A stretch of 32,000 bases of DNA. Origin: Phycisphaera mikurensis NBRC 102666 (GTDB lineage: Bacteria; Planctomycetota; Phycisphaerae; Phycisphaerales; Phycisphaeraceae). Of this stretch, positions 9,583-16,905 are shown one piece after another (position 1 is the stretch's first letter; the number at the start of each line of letters is the position of its first letter). Where the stretch lies: NCBI RefSeq assembly GCF_000284115.1, contig NC_017080.1, forward strand, positions 2,700,001 to 2,732,000, written 5' to 3'. Under the pieces are notes generated by a model. It searched no databases, had not been told where the DNA came from, and saw nothing but the letters and a program-made list of their open reading frames with translations. A program made the position numbers and the translations under genes.

Positions 9583-9746
9583 AAGCGAAGAAGCGAAGAA
9601 GTGCGGAAGCGAAGAAGTCAGCAGGGCCTTGCGCCCGGAGACGGCGGCGGCTCCGCCACCTGATGCTTCTGCTCGTCGTCTGACTCCATCACTTCTTCAC
9701 TTCTTCGCTTCTCCGCTTCTCTGCTTCTCCGCTTCTTCGCTTGCTC
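9583..9746. repeat. Modular palindromic intercistronic element, copy A (between flhA start and flhB stop)
   Basis: Left arm (AAGCGAAG AAGCGAAG ... GAAGCGAAGAAGTCAG), GC-rich core GACGGCGGCGGCTCCGCCACC...GCTTCTGC, right arm CTGACTCCATCACTTCTTCACTTCTTCGCTTCTCCGCTTCTCTGCTTCTCCGCTTCTTCGCTT. Confidence 0.75.
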
Positions 9747-9777
9747 CACAACGTCCCTCGAACAACGACGCCTCGCC

Positions 9778-10848
9778 CTACGCCGCCCGCCCCTCGAGCC
9801 GATACACGTACGCCAACAACTCCGCCACCGCCGCGTAATGCTCCACCGGGACCTCGCCGTTCACGTCGACCTCGGCGTACAACGCCCGCGCCAGCGGCTT
9901 CCGCTCGATCAGCGGGATGCCGCTGAGCGTCGCCAGGCGGCGGATCTGCATCGCCATCACGTCCGCCCCCTTGGCCAGCACCACGGGGGCGGCCATGGTC
10001 GCGCTGTCGTACTTGAGCGCGACGGCCAGGTGCGTCGGGTTGGTGATGACCAGGTCGGCTTGGGGAACCGCCTGGGAAACCCGCTGCATCGCCAGCTGCC
10101 GGGCGATCCGCAGGCGGCGGCCGCGGATCTCCGGGTCGCCGGACATGTCCTTGCTCTCCTGCTTGACCTCCTGCTTGGTCATCTTCAGGTCGTTGCGGTG
10201 CTGGTGCTTCTGCCAGGCGTAGTCGGCGAAGCCCAGCACCATCAGCAGCACGGCGAGGATGATCGCCAGCTCGAAGATCATCCAGCCCGCCAGCGGCAGG
10301 CCGACCACCGGCTCGAGCTCCGCGAGCTTCACCAGCTGCGGCAGGTGATCCCAGATGTAGAAGTAGCCCAGCGCCCCGAGCAGGCCGAGCTTCGCCAGCG
10401 ACTGCGCCAGCCGCCCCATGGCCCGCGGGTCCACGAGCCGCTTCGCCCCGGCCAGCGGGTTGAGCTTCGAGGGCTTGGGCTGCAGCGGCTTGCCGGTGAG
10501 CAGGAAGCCCGTCTGACCGAGCGAGCCGACGAGCGAAGCCAGCACCATCACGCCGAGCACCGGCAGCATCGCGCGGCCGAGAAGGTCAATCGCCGCCGCG
10601 ACCGTCTCCCCCGCCTGGTCCACCCGCGTCGGGTTGGCCGCGGTGGCGTGGCCCAAGAACAGCTCCATCGCGTGCCGGAACGAGAGCACCAGCCGATCGC
10701 TCAGGAAGAACAGCATCAGCATCGCCACCAGCAGGCCGACCGCGGCCGAGAGGTCGGTGCTGCGGGCGACGTTGCCGTCCTCGCGAGCCTTGGCGAGCCG
10801 CTTCGCCGATGGCGCCTCGGTCTTGTCTTCCTTGGGGGTGTCGGCCAT
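9778..10848 (-). CDS. flhB: Flagellar biosynthesis protein FlhB
   Basis: 356 aa; EDKTEAPSAKRLAKAREDGNVARSTDLS, autocleavage motif VITNPTHLAVALKYD, IPLIERKPLARALYAEVDVNGEVPVEHYAAVAELLAYVYRL. Confidence 0.95.
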   Translation of the reverse strand: MADTPKEDKTEAPSAKRLAKAREDGNVARSTDLSAAVGLLVAMLMLFFLSDRLVLSFRHAMELFLGHATAANPTRVDQAGETVAAAIDLLGRAMLPVLGVMVLASLVGSLGQTGFLLTGKPLQPKPSKLNPLAGAKRLVDPRAMGRLAQSLAKLGLLGALGYFYIWDHLPQLVKLAELEPVVGLPLAGWMIFELAIILAVLLMVLGFADYAWQKHQHRNDLKMTKQEVKQESKDMSGDPEIRGRRLRIARQLAMQRVSQAVPQADLVITNPTHLAVALKYDSATMAAPVVLAKGADVMAMQIRRLATLSGIPLIERKPLARALYAEVDVNGEVPVEHYAAVAELLAYVYRLEGRAA

Positions 10849-11127
10849 CCGTGGCCCTCCTGATCGGTTGTCGGCGAGGTCCGCCGGCGTCCTGCCCGCG
10901 GCCGCGCATCATCGGCCGCCCGGCCGCCACCGCGCCAATCCGGCGCGGTCGTTACGGAGCGGCGACGGTCGACAGGCGGCTTCGGCGAGCGGGGACCCGC
11001 TCTTCGAGGCGTCGGCGTCGCCCGCCTTCGAGATGGTGCCCGGGGCCTCCCGATGCGTGCGGGCCCGGGCGCGAAGCAACCGGACGGCGCGTCGTGATCG
11101 GCTCCGGCAAGGCGGCGGCGCTTCCGC

Positions 11128-12063
11128 TTAGAGCCCCAGCGCCGCGGCCATCGTCGAGCCCAGGTCGGCGGGGCTCTCCGCGACCGAGCAGCCGGCGGCC
11201 CGCAGCGCGTCGAGCTTGCTCTCGGCGCCGCCCTCGCCGCCGGAGATGATCGCGCCGGCGTGGCCCATGCGGCGGCCGGGGGGGGCCGTGCGGCCGGCGA
11301 TGAAGGCGGTGACGGGCTTGGTGACGCTCTTCTTGATGAAGGCGGCGGCGGTCTCCTCGTCGGTGCCGCCGATCTCGCCGATCATCACGATGCCGTCGGT
11401 CTGCTCGTCCTCCTGGAACATGCCCAGCAGGTCGACGAAGTTGAGGCCGCGGACCGGGTCGCCGCCGATGCCGACGCAGGTGGATTGGCCGAGGCCCCGG
11501 TTGGCGGTCTGCCACACGGCCTCGTAGGTGAGGGTGCCGGAACGCGAGATGATGCCGACGGCTTTGCCCGTGGGGGCCTTTTCTGCGGGCACGTGGATGT
11601 AGCCGGGCATGATCCCGATCTTGCAGCCCGCCTCCTCCGAGCCGGGCTTCGCTCCGTCGACGCCGGGCGTGATCACGCCGGGACAGTTGGGCCCGAGCAG
11701 CGTGCAGTGGGGGAATTTCGCGGCGAGCGTGGCCTTCACCCGCATCATGTCCAGCACGGGCACGTGCTCGGTGATGCAGATGGCCAGCGTGATGCCGGCG
11801 TCGGCGGCCTCCAGGATCGCGTCGGCCGCGAACGGCGGCGGGACGAAGATCATCGACGCGGTGGCTCCGGTCTCCTCGACGGCCTTGGCGACCGTGTCGA
11901 AGACGGGCAGGCCGTTCTCGTCCTCGAGGCCGCCCTTGCCCGGGGTCACGCCGCCCACCATCTGCGTGCCGTACGCCAGGCACTTGGTGGTGTGGAACTG
12001 CCCGGCGGAACCGGTGATTCCCTGGGTGATGACACGGGTGTTTCGGTCGACGAGGATTGGCAT
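11128..12063 (-). CDS. sucD: Succinyl-CoA synthetase (ADP-forming) alpha subunit
   Basis: 311 aa; [79 protein letters not shown] (active-site His region). Confidence 0.95.
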   Translation of the reverse strand: MPILVDRNTRVITQGITGSAGQFHTTKCLAYGTQMVGGVTPGKGGLEDENGLPVFDTVAKAVEETGATASMIFVPPPFAADAILEAADAGITLAICITEHVPVLDMMRVKATLAAKFPHCTLLGPNCPGVITPGVDGAKPGSEEAGCKIGIMPGYIHVPAEKAPTGKAVGIISRSGTLTYEAVWQTANRGLGQSTCVGIGGDPVRGLNFVDLLGMFQEDEQTDGIVMIGEIGGTDEETAAAFIKKSVTKPVTAFIAGRTAPPGRRMGHAGAIISGGEGGAESKLDALRAAGCSVAESPADLGSTMAAALGL

Positions 12064-12083
12064 GGGCGGACGATACCGGGGGC

Positions 12084-12231
12084 GGGGAAGCGGAGAAGCG
12101 AAGAAGCGGGGAAGCGGGGAAGCGAAGAAGTCAGACAGGCAAGCGCGCGAGACCAGGAGCGGTCGGCGCAGCCGCCGCGCTTCTGCCTGGCTTCCTCACT
12201 TCTTCGCTTCTTCGCTTCCCCGCTTCTTCCC
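12084..12231. repeat. Modular palindromic intercistronic element, copy B (between sucD start and nuoH stop)
   Basis: Left arm GGGGAAGCGGAGAAGCGAAGAAGCGGGGAAGCGGGGAAGCGAAGAAGTCAG; stem CAGGCAAGCGCG (12136-12147) / CGCGCTTCTGCCTG (12176-12189); right arm CTTCCTCACTTCTTCGCTTCTTCGCTTCCCCGCTTCTTCCC. Confidence 0.8.
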
Positions 12232-12256
12232 TTGATCCGCAGAGCGGATGCCCCGC

Positions 12257-13612
12257 TCACGCCGGGCTGAACCGACTTCCCACCAGCGGCACCTTCCGGT
12301 TCACCTCCGGCCCCGCAGGCAGCAGCGGGCTGAGGAGCAGGGCTCCGGCGACCACGGCAACGTTGGCCAGCGTGAACATCCACCAAGCCGTCAGCCCGGC
12401 CCAAACCATCACGCCGACGACCAGCAGCATCACCAGCACCAGCGGGATCATGCCGCGCCAAGCCAGCCGCATCAGCTGATCGAAGCGGAAACGCGGGAGC
12501 GTCCAGCGGACCCACATCATCACGAAGAGCACCAGCGCCACCTTGGCCATGAACACGCCCATCTTCAGGCTCACGACGAGGATCCCCTCCAGCCAGCCCT
12601 CGGCGACGCTTGGAAAGGCGTGGAGGAAGGGCAGCTCCCAGCCGCCAAAGAACATCAGCACGACGAACGCCGAGCCGGTGATCATGTGGATGTATTCGCC
12701 CAGGAAGAAGAGCGCCCACTTCATCGAGGAGTACTCGGTGTGGAAGCCGCCGACGAGCTCCTGCTCGGCCTCGGCGAGGTCGAAGGGGGCCCGGTTGCAC
12801 TCGGCGAGCACGCACACGAAGAAGATGGCCGCCAGCAGCGGGTGCATCAGCACGCCCCAGACCTCGCCGAGCCCGAACCAGCCGGCGGAGATCTGGCCCT
12901 GGACCATCGCCTCGGTGTCGGCGGTGCGGTACATCAGGATCATGATCAGCACGCAGACGCCCATGGGGATCTCGTAGCTGAGCATCTGGGCCGTCGCCCG
13001 GAGGCCGCCGAGGAAGGCGAACTTGTTGTTGCTGGAGAAACCCGCGAGCACCACCCCGTACACGGCGAGCGAGCTGACGGCGAGCAGATAGATGACGCCG
13101 ATCGAGATCGGCAGCACCGCGACGCGGGCCGCGTCGACCAGGCCGGTCACCGGGTCCACCGGCGAAGGGGCGACGAGGTCGATCCCGAAGAGGTGGATGC
13201 CCGGGAAGGCCCACATCCCGCCCCAGGGGATCACCGCCCAGCCGATCATCGCGGGGATCACCGCGAGCACGGGCGCGAGCAGGAACAGCCGCAGGTCGAC
13301 AAAGGGCGGGGTGTAATCCTCCTTCACGAAGAGCTTGAGGCCGTCGGCGAGGGCCTGGCCCAGGCCGAAGGCCTTCTTCCGGGCGAGGAAGCGGAAACCG
13401 GGGATCGAGCGGACGATCCTGCCCAGCGTCGGGTAGATCTCCAGCAGGTCGGACTGGCCGAAGGAGAAGTCGGTGCGGTTGGGGCCGATCCGGTCCTGCG
13501 CCCACGCGGCGACCTTGCGCTCCAGGAGGATGAGGTAGGCCGTCGCCCCCAGGATCACCGGGAGAAGCGACAGGGCCACGACGATCGACAGGAAGGCCTG
13601 CGCGCTGAGCAT
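12257..13612 (-). CDS. nuoH: NADH-quinone oxidoreductase subunit H
   Basis: 451 aa; LLERKVAAWAQDRIGPNR, ALADGLKLFVKEDYTPP, AECNRAPFDLAEAEQELVGGFHTEYSSMKWALFFLGEY. Confidence 0.95.
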   Translation of the reverse strand: MLSAQAFLSIVVALSLLPVILGATAYLILLERKVAAWAQDRIGPNRTDFSFGQSDLLEIYPTLGRIVRSIPGFRFLARKKAFGLGQALADGLKLFVKEDYTPPFVDLRLFLLAPVLAVIPAMIGWAVIPWGGMWAFPGIHLFGIDLVAPSPVDPVTGLVDAARVAVLPISIGVIYLLAVSSLAVYGVVLAGFSSNNKFAFLGGLRATAQMLSYEIPMGVCVLIMILMYRTADTEAMVQGQISAGWFGLGEVWGVLMHPLLAAIFFVCVLAECNRAPFDLAEAEQELVGGFHTEYSSMKWALFFLGEYIHMITGSAFVVLMFFGGWELPFLHAFPSVAEGWLEGILVVSLKMGVFMAKVALVLFVMMWVRWTLPRFRFDQLMRLAWRGMIPLVLVMLLVVGVMVWAGLTAWWMFTLANVAVVAGALLLSPLLPAGPEVNRKVPLVGSRFSPA

Positions 13613-13737
13613 CGGCGGACTCTACCGGCACCGCCCGCGGCCCGGGCTCCGGGTCCTGGAGACCGCGGGGGACGGCCGCCGGCCGGCCCCGCCGCCCCCG
13701 GCGGAGCCCGAAACGGCCGATAGGCTCGGCAACCGCC

Positions 13738-15477
13738 TTGGAAGCCGCTCCTCCCAGCCCGAAACGCGAAGAATCCGCCGCTTCGAAGCGGAAACGGCGG
13801 GAAGAGCGGCGGGCGGTGCGGCTCCACGAGCCCGCCGAGCGGTCGCTCAAGGAGACGCTGGAGTCGGTCGTCGTCGCCTTCATCCTCGCGTTCACGTTCC
13901 GCGTGTACGTGACGGAGGCCTACATCATCCCCACCGGGTCGATGGCGCCGACGCTGCTCGGGAGCCACGTGGAGGCCGATTGCCCCGCGTGCGGCTTCCG
14001 CCTGGTGGCGGACGCGGCGCCCCTGCTCGAGCACGCCGTCGACGAAGCCCGCTGCCCGATGTGCTTCCTGGAGGTGCCGCTGGCCGAAGCGCCCGGCCTG
14101 CCGCCGGCGGTCCGCGCCGGCGACCGCATCCTCGTCCAGAAGCATCTCGGCCGCTTCGAGTCGCCGCGGCGGTACGACGTGCTCGTCTTCAAGAACCCGC
14201 AAAACCCCTTCGGCGGCGGGCAGAACTTCATCAAACGCCTGACCGGGTTGCCGGGCGAGCGGCTGATGCTGCTCGACGGCAACGTCTACGTCGCCGACGA
14301 GCCGGAGGAGGCGGGCGTCCCCGACGAGCGGCTGCGCTGGCGGATCGCCCGCAAGACCGACGAGAAAGCCAATCCACGGGCCGAGGCGATCCAGCGCGCG
14401 GTGTTCCAGCCCGTGTGGCACAGCCGCCACTGGCCCGGGGACGGCGGCACGAGCGGCGGCGTCACCCGCTGGGCGTGCCCCTGGGTCCCGCGGAGCGGCC
14501 GGTGGGAACGCGCGGCGGGCCGCTTCCGGCCGCTCGCGGACCCGCCGGCGGCGAGCACGCCCGCGTTCACGCTCGGCTTCGACTTCACCCCCGTCGCCGG
14601 CCGGCCCGGCTACCTGCGGCCCGACGCGATCTACCCGTACAACCAGCTCGGCTACGGCCCCGGCGACCTCGACGTCTTCGAGGACTTCCGCGTCGCGATG
14701 ACGCTGGAGCCCGCCGAAGCCGCGGACCGCGGCGGCTTTGGCCCGTTCGAAGCGACGGTCCGCGGGACGGCCCGGCTGGCGGCGGGCGTGGCGGACGTGC
14801 GCGTCCGCTTCGCGGAAGAGCACGTCTGGCTCGAGAGCCGGCCGGCGGGAACCGACGCGGCGTGGACCCGCCTCGCGGCCGCCGGCGCGGGCGTGGGGCT
14901 CCCGCCGCTGGCCAAGCGGCCTCGCCTGGAGTTCTGGTCCGTCGATCAGGAGTTCTCCGCTTGGATCGACGGCGTCCGCGTGCTGCGGTACCGCGTCGAC
15001 GTCGGTTTCGAGGCGCTGCTCACCCGGCCGGGCCCGCCCCGGCCCGCGGAGCAGCGGCTGCGGATCGGGCTGGCCGGACCCGGAGCGACCGCCGCGGCCC
15101 TGGTCGACCTCGACCTCGACCGCGACCTCTTCCACGAGAGCGGGGCCCTGGGCGGCTTCCGCGGCGGCGTGAGCCGCGGGCTCAACGGCCTGGTGCGCCG
15201 GGACCGCGTGGAGCCGGTGCGGCTGGCGGCCGACCGCTTCTTCTTGGTGGGGGACAACAGCCCGCAGAGCGACGACAGCCGCCGCTGGTCCACCGTCGAC
15301 GCCTGGATCCGGGACCGCTACTTCCCCGGCGTGCCGGCGCGGGACGCCGCGGGCCGGGTGCCCGCGGGGCTGCTGATCGGCCGCGCCTTCGCGGTCTACT
15401 ACCCCGCCGCCAAGCCGCTCCGGCCCGGCGGCGCGGCCGTGGTGCCCGACCTCGCGGCCATGCGGTGGATCGACTGA
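13738..15477 (+). CDS. lepB: Signal peptidase I with Zn-ribbon-like and large inter-box insertions
   Basis: 579 aa from TTG at 13738; membrane segment, catalytic Ser box YIIPTGSMAPTLLG, DRILVQKHL and FIKRLTGLPGE (Lys box), C-terminal FFLVGDNSPQSDDSR. Confidence 0.9.
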   Translation: MEAAPPSPKREESAASKRKRREERRAVRLHEPAERSLKETLESVVVAFILAFTFRVYVTEAYIIPTGSMAPTLLGSHVEADCPACGFRLVADAAPLLEHAVDEARCPMCFLEVPLAEAPGLPPAVRAGDRILVQKHLGRFESPRRYDVLVFKNPQNPFGGGQNFIKRLTGLPGERLMLLDGNVYVADEPEEAGVPDERLRWRIARKTDEKANPRAEAIQRAVFQPVWHSRHWPGDGGTSGGVTRWACPWVPRSGRWERAAGRFRPLADPPAASTPAFTLGFDFTPVAGRPGYLRPDAIYPYNQLGYGPGDLDVFEDFRVAMTLEPAEAADRGGFGPFEATVRGTARLAAGVADVRVRFAEEHVWLESRPAGTDAAWTRLAAAGAGVGLPPLAKRPRLEFWSVDQEFSAWIDGVRVLRYRVDVGFEALLTRPGPPRPAEQRLRIGLAGPGATAAALVDLDLDRDLFHESGALGGFRGGVSRGLNGLVRRDRVEPVRLAADRFFLVGDNSPQSDDSRRWSTVDAWIRDRYFPGVPARDAAGRVPAGLLIGRAFAVYYPAAKPLRPGGAAVVPDLAAMRWID

Positions 15478-15625
15478 CCGGGCACCGTGGAGGAGCCGGC
15501 AGCGGGTTCTTCCACACCGCCGGGCCGGATTCGCCACCCGGGAGACTCACCCGATCCTCACGCTGCCCCCGCGGGCAGACGAGGGGACCACGAGGCGGCG
15601 TCTCCACCTCAAGCTAAGGATATAC

Positions 15626-15697
15626 ATGAGTTTACGCTCGTTTTCGCCTCGATCGGGCGCGTGGAACGTTCGAACAGCGTTCAGAAGCGGAGGGTAA
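15626..15697 (+). CDS. Candidate 23-aa small ORF with a strong Shine-Dalgarno-like sequence, upstream of ilvH
   Basis: AAGGA-TATAC-ATG spacing then MSLRSFSPRSGAWNVRTAFRSGG-TAA; lies in a locally AT-richer island. No homology evidence. Confidence 0.2.
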   Translation: MSLRSFSPRSGAWNVRTAFRSGG

Positions 15698-15825
15698 GCT
15701 GGGGACTCTGGCAGCGGAGCCCTCCGGCCACGTCCCCACGTTCTGCACACTTCCGTGCAACGAGGCTCGCCGCGTCACCGCAGCAGGCGGCCGCGGCGGC
15801 GGGGCCGTCCCGGTAGGTTGCCCGC

Positions 15826-16437
15826 ATGCCCGCCAGCTCCTCCGCGTCCGCCAGCGTCCGCCGCCACGTCCTCGCCGCCCTCGTCACCAACGAGCCCGGC
15901 GTCCTGGCGCAGGTGGCCGGCATGTTCGCCGCCCGCGGCTTCAACATCGACTCGCTGGTGGTTGGCCGCACCGACAACCCCGAGCTGTCGCGGATGACGA
16001 TCGTGGTCCCCGGGGACGACGCGGTGCTCGAGCAGGTCCGCAAGCAGCTACAGAAGCTCGTTCCCGTGGTGAAGGTGGTGGACTACCACGAGGTTCCCTA
16101 CGTGGAGCGGGACCTGGTGCTGGTGACGGTGGCCACCGGCAAGCCGCGGGAGGACGGGCAGGAGGACGGCCGCGGGGCGACGGAGTACCGCGAGGAGATC
16201 GCCTCGCTGGCCACGCTCTTCCGCGCGAAGGTCGTGGACGTCGCGGCCGACCGGCTCATGATCGAGCTCGCCGGCGAGGAGAGCAAGCTGGAGAACTTCA
16301 TCGAGCTGCTCAAACCCTACGGCATCCTCGAGCTGGCCCGCACCGGCGTCATCGCCATGCCGCGGGGCATGGCGCCCAAGGCACGCGTCGCCGAGGAGAA
16401 GAAGACGGTGGACGCCGCGGACCTGCCGCCGGGCTGA
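15826..16437 (+). CDS. ilvN: Acetolactate synthase small (regulatory) subunit
   Basis: 203 aa; ACT domain RRHVLAALVTNEPGVLAQVAGMFAARGFNIDSLVVGRTDNPELSRMTIVV, QKLVPVVKVVDY, RTGVIAMPRG. Confidence 0.93.
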   Translation: MPASSSASASVRRHVLAALVTNEPGVLAQVAGMFAARGFNIDSLVVGRTDNPELSRMTIVVPGDDAVLEQVRKQLQKLVPVVKVVDYHEVPYVERDLVLVTVATGKPREDGQEDGRGATEYREEIASLATLFRAKVVDVAADRLMIELAGEESKLENFIELLKPYGILELARTGVIAMPRGMAPKARVAEEKKTVDAADLPPG

Positions 16438-16464
16438 GCCGCGGGCGAGCCCAACGGCGGCGTG

Positions 16465-16905
16465 TCAATCCGCCTCGAGCGCCAGGATCTTCTCCAGCCG
16501 CTTCTCGTGCCGCCCCCCGGCGAAGGGCGTCTCGAGGAAGGTGGTGACGATGCGCTCGAGCAAGCGCGGGCCCAGCAGGTCGGCGGCGAGGCAGAGGACG
16601 TTGACGTCCAGGTAGCCCCGCGCGGTCTCGGCGGCGATCTCGTCCTGCGCCTGAGCGGCCCGGATCCCGCGGAGCTTGTTCGCGGCGAGGCAGCTGCCCA
16701 TGCCGGTGCCGCAGAGCAGCACGCCCCGCTCCGCGTCCCCGCTGAGCACGCTGCGGCAGACCGCGATCGCCATGTCCGGGTAGTCGCAGACGTCGCCCCC
16801 GCAATCCGCGATGACGGCCACCGCGATGCCCCGCTGCTCGAAGAGCGGCAGCAGCTGCTGCAGCGCGTCGTGCCCGCGGTGGTCGGCGCCGATCGACACC
16901 CTCAC
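16465..16905 (-). CDS. rpiB: Ribose-5-phosphate isomerase B (RpiB/LacA/LacB family)
   Basis: GTG start at 16905 overlapping the upstream stop (GTGA); VRVSIGADHRGHDALQQLL...GVLLCGTGMGSCLAANKLRGIRAAQAQD...NVLCLAADLLG. Confidence 0.88.
   Translation of the reverse strand: MRVSIGADHRGHDALQQLLPLFEQRGIAVAVIADCGGDVCDYPDMAIAVCRSVLSGDAERGVLLCGTGMGSCLAANKLRGIRAAQAQDEIAAETARGYLDVNVLCLAADLLGPRLLERIVTTFLETPFAGGRHEKRLEKILALEAD

Noticed and set aside
9583-12231. Insertion sequence or transposon bounded by the inverted arms of copies A and B
   Set aside because: The interval carries only flhB and sucD; no transposase or target-site duplication is visible, and each copy is itself a complete palindromic unit.
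11946-13895. 649-aa minus-strand ORF
   Set aside because: Shifted frame over nuoH; NuoH translation in the other frame is clearly the real product.
13555-15537. 660-aa minus-strand ORF
   Set aside because: Antisense to lepB, which has complete signal peptidase catalytic boxes.
15668-15681. LexA-like box (CGAACAGCGTTC)
   Set aside because: The spacing is one base short of the CGAAC-N4-GTTYG consensus and the downstream gene (ilvN) is not an SOS gene.
15626-15697. Classical branched-chain amino acid attenuator leader peptide
   Set aside because: The 23-aa peptide has only one Leu and one Val and no run of regulatory codons, so it is listed only as a low-confidence small ORF.
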